Source of the DNA: Candidatus Hadarchaeota archaeon
GTDB taxonomy: Archaea > CAYQAE01 > CAYVLA01
Length of the DNA: 11,336 nt
Direction: 5' to 3'
Assembly (NCBI GenBank): GCA_964452145.1
Contig: CAYVLA010000110.1
Location: 1 to 11,336 of the forward strand
Shown piece after piece: positions 1 through 7,634 of the stretch. The notes under the pieces were generated by a model that had not been told where the DNA came from, did not search any database, and saw only the letters and a program-made list of their open reading frames with translations. The position numbers and the translations under genes were made by a program. The first letter of the stretch is position 1; each line of letters starts with the position of its first letter.

Positions 1-36
1 AAGAAGCCGAGCTGGCTAAAGCACCGGGGGCCACTC

Positions 37-89
37 GAGAGAGAGAGAGAGAGGAGGGGGAAGGATAGGATAGAAGGAAGGATAGAAGG
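37..89 (+). repeat. Polypurine tract: (GA)8 microsatellite followed by AGGATAGAAGG direct repeats
   Basis: GA x8 at 37-52; AGGATAGAAGG at 67-77 and 79-89 (12-bp period), partial copy at 62-68; only three pyrimidines (T) in 53 nt; abuts the putative BRE/TATA. Confidence 0.85.
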
Positions 90-102
90 CGAAGCTTTAT
101 AT
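89..102 (+). promoter_or_regulatory. Putative archaeal promoter P1 (BRE-like GCGAAG + TATA box TTTATAT)
   Basis: gcgaagcTTTATAT; AT-rich box in GC-rich DNA about 55 nt upstream of the ATG at 157, which has GAGGTAGG at 146-153. Confidence 0.65.
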
Positions 103-106
103 GCTG

Positions 107-126
107 GCTCATTACATGTAATTAGC
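107..126. promoter_or_regulatory. Palindromic candidate operator GCTcATTACATGTAATtAGC
   Basis: Perfect 12-bp palindrome ATTACATGTAAT at 111-122, extendable to 20 bp with one mismatched pair; lies just downstream of the TATA box, near the expected start site. Confidence 0.55.
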
Positions 127-156
127 ACCAGTGACGCGCGGCTAGAGGTAGGCGGG

Positions 157-387
157 ATGAGATTCGGAGGTTCGATCAGACGAACGGATGCCCTTCAGAT
201 CCCCATGATGATCGGGCTTGCGCTGATGGTCGGCGGGATCGTGACGGGGAGCATGACGGTCGCTGCCATCGCCTCCGTGGTGGTTCTTGGGGGAGGCATC
301 ACAAACCTGATCGCCGGGAGGCCACCCGATGACGGGGACCGCCCGCCCCGCAGTCGGGAAGCCCTGCTCCGCGTCGAGGCCGCCTAG
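157..387 (+). CDS. Small hypothetical membrane protein (76 aa, probably two Gly-rich hydrophobic helices)
   Basis: RBS-like GAGGT upstream; hydrophobic IPMMIGLALMVGGIVTG and MTVAAIASVVVLGGGITNLIAG followed by a charged tail; GC-rich third positions. Confidence 0.6.
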   Translation: MRFGGSIRRTDALQIPMMIGLALMVGGIVTGSMTVAAIASVVVLGGGITNLIAGRPPDDGDRPPRSREALLRVEAA

Positions 388-460
388 GGACAGCGCCCGA
401 GCGCCTCGTTGCCCGTGTCGATGCTCGGACACCGGGGACCGATCATACGCGCCCTTGATG

Positions 461-496
461 GAAGACTTATCAAACCGCTAATGAAATGTAATTGCG
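461..496 (+). promoter_or_regulatory. Putative archaeal promoter P2 of the sat operon, with a degenerate copy of the P1 palindrome
   Basis: GAAGACTTATCAAA at 461-474; GCTAATGAAATGTAATTGCG at 477-496; GGAG RBS-like element at 496-499 before the ATG at 505. Confidence 0.55.
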
Positions 497-504
497 GAGA
501 TGGC

Positions 505-732
505 ATGTCGGACGACAGGAGGAAGTTCACCACGGTCTCGATCCCGGCGCCGCTGTTCAAGAAGATAGAGGAAAGAATCAGGGACACCGGCTTCACCTCC
601 GTATCCAGCTACGTCACCTACGTTCTCCGCGAGATCATCGCCGAGGAGACCCAGGAGGAAGAGGAGCCCTTCAGCGAGGAGGACGAAAAGCGAGTCAAGG
701 ACAGGCTCAGGGCCCTGGGATACATCGATTGA
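505..732 (+). CDS. Ribbon-helix-helix (CopG/MetJ/Arc-like) DNA-binding protein, 75 aa, with acidic linker and C-terminal RLRALGYID tail
   Basis: Beta-strand FTTVSIP, helix PLFKKIEERI, G turn, helix SVSSYVTYVLREII fit the RHH pattern. ATG 505 with GGAG upstream is preferred over the ORF-track start at 409. Confidence 0.85.
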   Translation: MSDDRRKFTTVSIPAPLFKKIEERIRDTGFTSVSSYVTYVLREIIAEETQEEEEPFSEEDEKRVKDRLRALGYID

Positions 733-741
733 GGCATCGAC

Positions 742-1887
742 ATGCCCGCCCCACACGGAGGAAGGCTGATCAACCGAGTCCTGGAGGGATCCAGGCGGGA
801 GGACTACCTGCGAGACCTGCCCCGCATGCCCAGGCTGGACATCTCCCAGGATCTGGCCAGGGACTGCGAAAACATAGCGAGCGGAGTCTTCTCGCCGCTC
901 ACCGGCTTCGCCACTTCCAACGATCACTCCAGCATACTGGACCACATGAGGCTACCCAACGATGTCCCGTGGACCATGCCGATCATCCTCGACATCGATC
1001 CGAAGACGGCAAGATCGATCAGGGGTGAGGGGCAGGTCGCGCTCTGGGCCGACGGAAGACCTGTGGCCCTCACAGAGGTGGAGGAGATCTACCCCTTCGA
1101 CCGCAAGATGCATGCCCAGAAAGTGTACGACACCACCGACCCCGCGCACCCGGGGGTGGCCAAAACCCTGGCCAGAAACAAGACGCTGGTCGGGGGCCAG
1201 ATCTGGCTCCTGAACGGCCTCGAGAGCGCCTTTCCCAAGTATCACCTCGTCCCAAAGGAGACCCGGGTGCTGTTCAAGGAGAAGGGGTGGCGCACGGTAG
1301 TCGGATTCCAGACCAGAAACGTCCCACACGTGGGGCACGAATACCTCCAAAAGACGGCTCTCAGCTTCACCGACGGCCTGCTGATCAACCCGGTCATCGG
1401 GAGGAAGAAGGCCGGAGACTTCAAGGACGAGGTCATCATAGAGACCTACGACGCCTTGATCCGGCACTACTACCTGAGGGAAAGGGCCGTGCTGGTCACC
1501 CTGCAGTTCGAGATGCGCTACGCCGGGCCCCGGGAAGCCATCTTCCACGCCATCGTCCGCAAGAACTACGGCTGCACACATTTCATAGTCGGAAGGGACC
1601 ACGCCGGTGTAGGCAGCTACTACGCTCCTTACGCGGCCCAGGAGATCTTCGACGAGTTCCCCGACCTGGGAATCACCCCGCTCTTCTTCACGAACTTCTT
1701 CCACTGCAAGAGGTGTGGCGGAGTGGCCAACGACAAGACCTGCCCGCACCCCGAGTCCGACCGCGTATCCTTCAGCGGAACCAAGATCCGCGACCTGATA
1801 ACCAACAGGCAGAGGCCTCCACCCGAGATAATGAGGCCCGAGATAGCCGGCATGGTGCTGGGATGGGAGAAGCCACTTGTCGAGTGA
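742..1887 (+). CDS. sat: Sulfate adenylyltransferase (ATP sulfurylase, Sat type)
   Basis: PHGG N-terminus, SPLTGF, WTMPIIL, FQTRNVPHVGH (QTRN + HxGH), MRYAGPREAIFHAIVRKNYGCTHFIVGRDHAGVG, CKRC...CPH zinc-site pattern, SGTKIR. Confidence 0.98.
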   Translation: MPAPHGGRLINRVLEGSRREDYLRDLPRMPRLDISQDLARDCENIASGVFSPLTGFATSNDHSSILDHMRLPNDVPWTMPIILDIDPKTARSIRGEGQVALWADGRPVALTEVEEIYPFDRKMHAQKVYDTTDPAHPGVAKTLARNKTLVGGQIWLLNGLESAFPKYHLVPKETRVLFKEKGWRTVVGFQTRNVPHVGHEYLQKTALSFTDGLLINPVIGRKKAGDFKDEVIIETYDALIRHYYLRERAVLVTLQFEMRYAGPREAIFHAIVRKNYGCTHFIVGRDHAGVGSYYAPYAAQEIFDEFPDLGITPLFFTNFFHCKRCGGVANDKTCPHPESDRVSFSGTKIRDLITNRQRPPPEIMRPEIAGMVLGWEKPLVE

Positions 1888-1894
1888 GACCGCC

Positions 1895-2911
1895 ATGGCC
1901 GATTCGCTGGACCGGGCCCGTCACATCGCGATCATCCACCACTGGGACGCCGACGGCATCGCCTCGGCCGCGACCATCATCGACCGGGCCAAGCGCCGGG
2001 GAATCCGGTGCACGAACGCGATTCCCCGCATAGGGGACTATGCAGACCTGGTCACCCCCGCCGCATCCCTGGACTCTGCGGGGCCGGATCTCGTGCTGGG
2101 GCTCGACCTTGCGGTCTCGGCCGAGACCCTTGAGGCCATCCGCTCCAAGATATCGTCCGCCCTGATGTGGGTCGACCACCACTCAGTTCCCCCCCGGAGA
2201 ACCCGGGGTGTGGAGTACTACCACCCATCGAACAGCGGGTTGGAGGGAGTCGACTCGAACGCATCGTTCCTGGCCCGGATCCTCGACCCGGCGCCCCCGA
2301 TCCTTGCCGCGATCGGGACCTGCGGCGACCTGGGCAGGACGCTGCTGTCGCATCCCGCCATGGACGATGTGCGCAGGACTCTTTCATCGCTGGGGCTCAG
2401 CTTCGACATCCTCTTCGAGATCACCGAACTGGTGGATGCCAACTACCGGGCGGACAGGCCGGGTGATGTGCGATCCGCCCCCTGGATGCTGGCCGAGAGG
2501 CTGGACTCGCCCCGGAGGATGATGGGCGTGAAGGAATGGAGGGCAAACAAGGACGCCGTGGACGGGGAGATACACAGGGTCATGGCCTCGAGCGAGACAA
2601 GGCGCAGAGACGTCCTGGTGAAGACCATCTCGACCCCGATGCATCTGACCTCGATGGTTGCACGCGCGGCGGCCATCCTTGCACCCGACGAAGTCAAGGC
2701 CGTGATCGTAAGCAACGTCCATCCCCATGACTGCCCGTTCTACGTGAGGGCGGCAAGGCCCGGCATCGATCTCACCGGCCTCATCGACCTGGGCAGGTCC
2801 CTTGGATACTCCGCAGGCGGCAAGCCCGAGGCAGTTGGCATGGTCGTCCCCTGCAACCAGGTGGAGGATCTGACCGAGAAGGTGCTCAGATTTCTGGAGA
2901 TGATGGGATGA
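1895..2911 (+). CDS. DHH-family phosphoesterase; candidate PAP (3',5'-bisphosphoadenosine) phosphatase
   Basis: HHWDADGIASA (DxDG), LGLDL, WVDHH, IGTCGD and C-terminal AGGKPEAVG (DHHA1-like). Start probably ATG 1895 (ORF track uses TTG 1877). Family is secure; substrate is inferred from context. Confidence 0.85.
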   Translation: MADSLDRARHIAIIHHWDADGIASAATIIDRAKRRGIRCTNAIPRIGDYADLVTPAASLDSAGPDLVLGLDLAVSAETLEAIRSKISSALMWVDHHSVPPRRTRGVEYYHPSNSGLEGVDSNASFLARILDPAPPILAAIGTCGDLGRTLLSHPAMDDVRRTLSSLGLSFDILFEITELVDANYRADRPGDVRSAPWMLAERLDSPRRMMGVKEWRANKDAVDGEIHRVMASSETRRRDVLVKTISTPMHLTSMVARAAAILAPDEVKAVIVSNVHPHDCPFYVRAARPGIDLTGLIDLGRSLGYSAGGKPEAVGMVVPCNQVEDLTEKVLRFLEMMG

Positions 2912-4281
2912 AGCAAAAGCTAGTCATAATGGGGCTGGACTCTGCACCCCCCGATCTGGCCTTCCACAAGCTGAGAGGCCGCATGCCGAACATGACGAGC
3001 ATGGCCGAGGAAGGCGTGAGGGGACCCCTGTCAAGCACCGATCCTCCCATCACGATCCCTGCATGGATGTCGATGATGACCGGGCAGGACCCCGGGCAGC
3101 TGGGTCTGTACGGCTTCAGGCACCGCAAGGACCACTCGTACGCAGATATGTGGATAGCCTCGTCGGCAACGATAAGAGCCCAGGCGCTGTGGCACATGGT
3201 GGGCCGGGCGGGGGGCAAAAGCTGCGTCGTGGCGGTGCCCCCGAGCTATCCGCCCCCCCAGATCCAGGGATGGCTCGTCTCCTGCTTCATCACCCCCGAT
3301 ACGCAGAGGACCTACACCCATCCACCCGAACTCAGACACGAGGTTGAGGACCTGGTGGGCGAGTACGTCACCGACGTCGAGTTCAGAATAGAGGATCGAT
3401 CCGCCCTGCTCAAAGCAGTCTACGACATGACCGAGAAGCGCTTCACCCTGATCGAGCACCTACTGCAGGAAAAACCCTGGGACCTGTTCGCATTCGTCGA
3501 GATCGGCCTTGACCGGATCCACCACGCCTTCTGGAAGTTCTTTGACCCCGACCACCACCTCTACGCCAAGGGCAACCCGTTCGAGACCGCCATCCCCGAC
3601 TACTATGCCTACCTGGATCGCTGGGTGGGAAGGCTCAAGGAGAGCATACCCCGCGGCACGCCGATCATTATCGCGTCCGACCACGGCGCCAAGGCGATGA
3701 AGGGCGCCTTCTGCGTCAACCAGTGGCTCGCCTCCGAAGGCTACCTGGCTCTGGAGAGCCCATCATCGCCGACCAGCCTGGAGAAGGCCCGGGTCGACTG
3801 GGCCTCGACCAAGGCCTGGGGATGGGGAGGATACTACGCCAGGATCTTCATCAACCTCGCCGACCGCGAACCGCAGGGCACCGTTGCCCAGAAGGACTAT
3901 GACGGATTCAGGGACGAGCTTGAAACAAAGCTGGTCGCGATAAGGGGCCCCGGAGGCGAGGCCTGGGCAACCAGGGTCATACGGCCCGAAGAGCTCTACG
4001 ATCCCTGCCTGGGCGATGTGCCCGACCTGATGGTGTACTTCGACGATCTCTCGTGGCGCTCGGCCGGCACCGTCGGGCATCCCCAGGCCTACCTGGCCGA
4101 GAACGACACCGGCCCCGACGACGCGGTCCACGACAAGAACGGGATCTACCTGCTATGGGGCTCGGAGGAAGAGCCCAGATGGCAGCCCGCCAGCATACTG
4201 GACATCGCCCCCACCGCCCTGAGGCTGCTCGGCCTCCAGGTTCCCGGAGAGGTCAGAGGTAGAGACATATGCCGAAGATGA
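2908..4281 (+). CDS. Alkaline phosphatase superfamily protein (type I phosphodiesterase/nucleotide pyrophosphatase-like, COG3379-type), cytoplasmic
   Basis: GLDSA (Asp11), PPITIPAWMSMMTG (Thr49 at nucleophile position), LDRIHH, ASDHG, AVHDKNG, SILDIAPT; no signal peptide; ATGA overlaps with both neighbours (2908-2911, 4278-4281). Confidence 0.92.
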   Translation: MKQKLVIMGLDSAPPDLAFHKLRGRMPNMTSMAEEGVRGPLSSTDPPITIPAWMSMMTGQDPGQLGLYGFRHRKDHSYADMWIASSATIRAQALWHMVGRAGGKSCVVAVPPSYPPPQIQGWLVSCFITPDTQRTYTHPPELRHEVEDLVGEYVTDVEFRIEDRSALLKAVYDMTEKRFTLIEHLLQEKPWDLFAFVEIGLDRIHHAFWKFFDPDHHLYAKGNPFETAIPDYYAYLDRWVGRLKESIPRGTPIIIASDHGAKAMKGAFCVNQWLASEGYLALESPSSPTSLEKARVDWASTKAWGWGGYYARIFINLADREPQGTVAQKDYDGFRDELETKLVAIRGPGGEAWATRVIRPEELYDPCLGDVPDLMVYFDDLSWRSAGTVGHPQAYLAENDTGPDDAVHDKNGIYLLWGSEEEPRWQPASILDIAPTALRLLGLQVPGEVRGRDICRR

Positions 4282-4826
4282 GGAAGGGTTTTGTGGTCTG
4301 GATCACGGGTCTGCCCGGATCCGGCAAGACGACCATAGCCAACCAGCTTGCACCCATGCTGGAGGAGAAAGGCATCGATGTGGAGGTCTTCGACGGGGAC
4401 TGGGTCAGAAAGGAGCTGAGCCCCGACCTGGGATTCACCAAAGAGGACAGGGAGCTTCACAACCGCCGCGTCATCCACATGAGCAAGCTGCTGGCCAAGC
4501 ATGGCGTGGCGGTCATCGTCTGCCTGATCTCGCCGTACAGGGAGGTCCGCCGCTACGCCAGGGCCCAGATAAGCCAGGTGGGCGGCTTCGTCGAGGTATG
4601 GGCCAAGGCAACGCTGGAGGCATGCATCGGGCGCGACCCCAAAGGGCTCTACGCCAAGGCGCTCAAAGGCGAGATCAAAGACATGACCGGCATCCAGCAC
4701 CCCTACGAGGAGCCCGAAAGGCCCGAGGTCGTCGTCGAGACCGAGAGCCAGACGCCGAGGCAGGGCGCCGACCAGATATTGGACGCCCTGGCCCGGATGG
4801 GATACCTCCAGCACGCCGCGGCCTAG
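4278..4826 (+). CDS. cysC: Adenylyl-sulfate (APS) kinase
   Basis: WITGLPGSGKTT P-loop, FDGDWVR, LGFTKEDR, LISPY, RDPKGLYAKALKGEIKDMTGIQHPYEEP. Start placed at the ATGA overlap 4278 (alternative ATG 4269). Confidence 0.97.
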   Translation: MRKGFVVWITGLPGSGKTTIANQLAPMLEEKGIDVEVFDGDWVRKELSPDLGFTKEDRELHNRRVIHMSKLLAKHGVAVIVCLISPYREVRRYARAQISQVGGFVEVWAKATLEACIGRDPKGLYAKALKGEIKDMTGIQHPYEEPERPEVVVETESQTPRQGADQILDALARMGYLQHAAA

Positions 4827-4874
4827 GGCCCGTCAGAATACGTCCCAATCCATCGCATCGCAGAGATAATAAGG

Positions 4875-5820
4875 ATGGGACTTCCTGGATGGACGATACC
4901 GGCCCTTTGGATCACGCAGTCGTCCTTCTTCGGGCACGGCTACCTGAGCGAGTCCTCTCTCCCTTCGGAGACCCTGGACATGATCGCCTTCGCGGGCCTG
5001 TCGGCACCCGTTCTCTACGGCACGGAGTTCCCATGTCCGGAAGGCTGGAGGATGATTTCCCAGTCGCAGTCCGGTTCCCACTGGATAGCGCAGACGAAGG
5101 GAGGGTACGCCACGAACATCGACTTCATTGCCTCCTCCTTCTGCGGGCTGACCCGCTACGAGGAGATCGTGAAGGGCCAGTGCGGCTCCCTCTCGGAGGG
5201 CAGTCTCTGCTTGACGGCGGGATACCTGCGGGACCCCCCGGTCAACGCGTACTCCCGGATGATCGGGAGGATGCTGCCTGATGATCAGGAAGGCGTCCGT
5301 CCCCCCTGGCCGGATGGTCGCAGGTTCGGAGTCTGCCTGACCCACGACGTCGACATAGTCTCCCTGCGCGCATCCCTGAACTGGTACTAGCACCACACAT
5401 CAACATATGGCATCGCCCACCTGCTGCCCTCCCTGCCGTTGAGGGCCCTGAGCTCTTCAGGACGATCCTGGCGCATGGCAGTCCCTTCTGGACTTTCAAA
5501 GACATCACGGATATGGAACGAAGGGCCGGTTTCAGGTCCTCCTTCTTTTTTAATGTCCAGTTCCAGCCCAGACCCCACGGGTCCATTACACTCTGCTCGC
5601 ATCCCGGCGGATGATGGGACTAATCGAGGAACTGAGGAAGGGTGGATGGGAGGTGGGACTTCACTCCCTCGGGGATTCGCGTCTGGACGAAGAGATGGCC
5701 AGCCTCTCGTCGATAGGTGTCTATCCGGCGAGCGCCAGGATCCATCGCCTGTCCATGACGGTGTCTGCGGCCTGGAGAAGGATGGCCGCCTCCGGGATCC
5801 AGGCTGATTGCTTCCGCTAA
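4875..5820 (+). pseudogene. Disrupted polysaccharide deacetylase-like (CE4/NodB-fold) gene
   Basis: Family-like blocks in three successive frames: WPDGRRFGVCLTHDVD, then in-frame TAG 5388-5390; from about 5447 PELFRTILAHGSPFWTFKDITDMERRAGFRSSFFF; from about 5575 HYTLLASRRMMGLIEELRKGGWEVGLH...ARIHRL...GIQAD, stop at 5820. Confidence 0.8.
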
Positions 5821-5885
5821 TGCTTGCTCGCCATGTTCCCCCCTTCTCGAGGGCCAAGAGGAGAAAGAGGTCAGAGGGTCTTCTG

Positions 5886-7373
5886 TCAACGATCTGCAAG
5901 TGGGATGGGCTTGCCTTCTAGGTGTTGGGGCTGGGCGGCGTTGAGCAGCGCGTAGAAAGTGGCTGTCAGGTCCTGGAGCGGATGGGCCTCCTCGACGGCG
6001 CCCAGGGTGATACCCGGCCCCGCGATCACGGCCAGGCCTTCGCCGGTATGGGAGGAATGATTCACGTCGGTGAACTGGAGGCCGCGGCAAATTCTGCCTT
6101 GAACCGGGCAGTCCAGCGCCCTGATCGGGGCATCGTTCTTCCAGCGGATGATTATGTCGGGGAGGGCGTTCTGGCGTTCGCCCAGGAAACGGTCGCGGGG
6201 GAAGATGACCTCGGCGGCTGCCGGTTTTCCCGTGTCCGGGTTTTTCAGTGCAAGTATGTCTTGGCGAAGCTGGTCCAGTGTGGCTTGGTACTGGTCGGGC
6301 GGAACCGTGCCTTCCGGCTCCCGGCCGCGCAGGTTTACCTGGAGGAAGGCCATGAACTCTGAACCTGGCAGCATGTAGACATCACCCTCAGGCCGGTATT
6401 TGGCCGAGGTCCACAGGTCGGTCAATCTGGACGGAAGCGTGCGCCCGAGCCTGTCACGGATTGCAGTGCCTAAGAAGGTTGTTGCCCGTACCCGCCATCG
6501 GTCCGCTATGCCGTGGCGGCGGCCGGTGCGCCTGGCCAGCCATTCGGGGATCAGGTAGGAACCGCTGTAGTTGTTCTGCACGCCTTGCTGTGTCATCAGC
6601 ACGATGTGCGAATCGAGGGGCAGAGCGTCTATCATCTTGGCCACTTCTGCGTCGACCGCTTCATACAGGCTTTCCATGGCGTCGCCGCACAGGTCGGCTG
6701 CTGCCTTGTCGAACAAGGGGTGGTTCGGATCGCGCAGATGCCAGAACTGGTGGCTGGCCACGTGGGTTTCGCTGAAGGCCGTGATCAAGAAGTCGTAAGA
6801 ACCCATGGCCATAAGGTCTTGTATGATCCCTGACCGGCACTGCGCCCCACGGATGAGCCTGTTCAGCACCTGCTGGTACTTCTCCGGGGGGATGGGGACC
6901 GGCAGTTGGTTTCGCTGGGGGTGCCGGCCGTATTTGGCGAGGATGTGGGGCAGGAGGTCGTCCGGGATGCTTGCCGGGTCAGCCGCTGGGCTGTAGGCGC
7001 CCCAGGAGGCAAGGAGCGTGCCGCGGAATCCTTGCACCGGCCATGCTTTGGGGACGTCGAACACGGCGCACCGTCGGCCCTGGCGTGAGAGGCAGCTCCA
7101 TATCTGATCTGCGGGGGAGTTCTTGGCCTTGGTCGTCTCAAAGCGGTACGTTCCGGGGACGAGCTGTCGATACTTGTAGATTCCGTGGCGGCCGGGGTTC
7201 ACACCCGTCAGGAGCGTCTGAAAGACGCTGCCGTCAAGGATGTGGGCTTCGCTGGTGAGTCGAACCGACGCCCCTTCCCTGGTGAGGCGTGCAAAGGTCG
7301 GCATTCGGCCTTCCCGGGCCAGACGTTCAAGTATGGTATGCTCGCCGCAGTCTATGATGAAGACAGCCAGCAT
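5886..7373 (-). CDS. Alkaline phosphatase superfamily (NPP/COG3379-like) protein with divergent catalytic residues
   Basis: FIIDCGE, GRMPTFARL, TGVNPGRHGIY, SHQFWH, VNLRGREPEGTV, LPDIII, SSHTGEG, LQDLTAT, LEGKPI; intact 495-aa ORF; GGGGAG upstream of the ATG. Confidence 0.9.
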   Translation of the reverse strand: MLAVFIIDCGEHTILERLAREGRMPTFARLTREGASVRLTSEAHILDGSVFQTLLTGVNPGRHGIYKYRQLVPGTYRFETTKAKNSPADQIWSCLSRQGRRCAVFDVPKAWPVQGFRGTLLASWGAYSPAADPASIPDDLLPHILAKYGRHPQRNQLPVPIPPEKYQQVLNRLIRGAQCRSGIIQDLMAMGSYDFLITAFSETHVASHQFWHLRDPNHPLFDKAAADLCGDAMESLYEAVDAEVAKMIDALPLDSHIVLMTQQGVQNNYSGSYLIPEWLARRTGRRHGIADRWRVRATTFLGTAIRDRLGRTLPSRLTDLWTSAKYRPEGDVYMLPGSEFMAFLQVNLRGREPEGTVPPDQYQATLDQLRQDILALKNPDTGKPAAAEVIFPRDRFLGERQNALPDIIIRWKNDAPIRALDCPVQGRICRGLQFTDVNHSSHTGEGLAVIAGPGITLGAVEEAHPLQDLTATFYALLNAAQPQHLEGKPIPLADR

Positions 7374-7581
7374 AGATGAACCGCTCCCCGGTCGCGCCTA
7401 TCGGGGAATACGCGGTGATGGTTAAAAGCACTTCCGGTCGGGCGTGCCGAGCACGGCTTCAGGTTCAGGTTGCGCCCCGGGCTTTGAGGAAGTCCGCAGG
7501 ATGGCCCGAGAAGAACGGCTTCATCCAGAGGCGGGGAGGGACGCCTGGCCGAGCGTGGGGAGGTAGTGGGCCAACCCGGCC

Positions 7582-7634
7582 CGGGGGAATTTCCCCCGCG
7601 AAATAGTAATACTGGTCGGTCTCCGACCAGTTTT
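7582..7634. other. Two adjacent inverted repeats in an unannotated gap
   Basis: CGGGGGAA-T-TTCCCCCG (7582-7598) and ACTGGTCGG-TCT-CCGACCAGT (7611-7631) followed by a T run to 7634. Confidence 0.45.

Noticed and set aside
409..504. N-terminal extension of the RHH ORF from TTG 409
   Set aside because: Overlaps the putative promoter; ATG 505 has an RBS-like site and gives a typical RHH size.
742..1887. sat as evidence of dissimilatory or assimilatory sulfate reduction
   Set aside because: No apr, dsr, cysH or sulfite reductase in the window; linkage to cysC and glycan genes points to sulfation, though the rest of the genome is unseen.
2908..4281. Annotation as a formylglycine-dependent sulfatase
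   Set aside because: No (C/S)xPxR motif; Thr nucleophile and DxxxH/SDHG ligands are NPP/AlkP-like.
478..5281. Long overlapping or antisense ORFs (e.g. 952-1896 -, 1287-2033 +, 4146-4814 -, 4598-5281 +)
   Set aside because: Shadow frames of GC-rich genes with no recognisable motifs.
4824..5390. Amber (pyrrolysine) read-through at the cysC TAG and the TAG at 5388, both followed by open in-frame sequence
   Set aside because: CysC and GT4 end at normal length on TAG, so TAG is a real stop here; the deacetylase also has two frameshifts, so decay is simpler; no pyl genes in the window.
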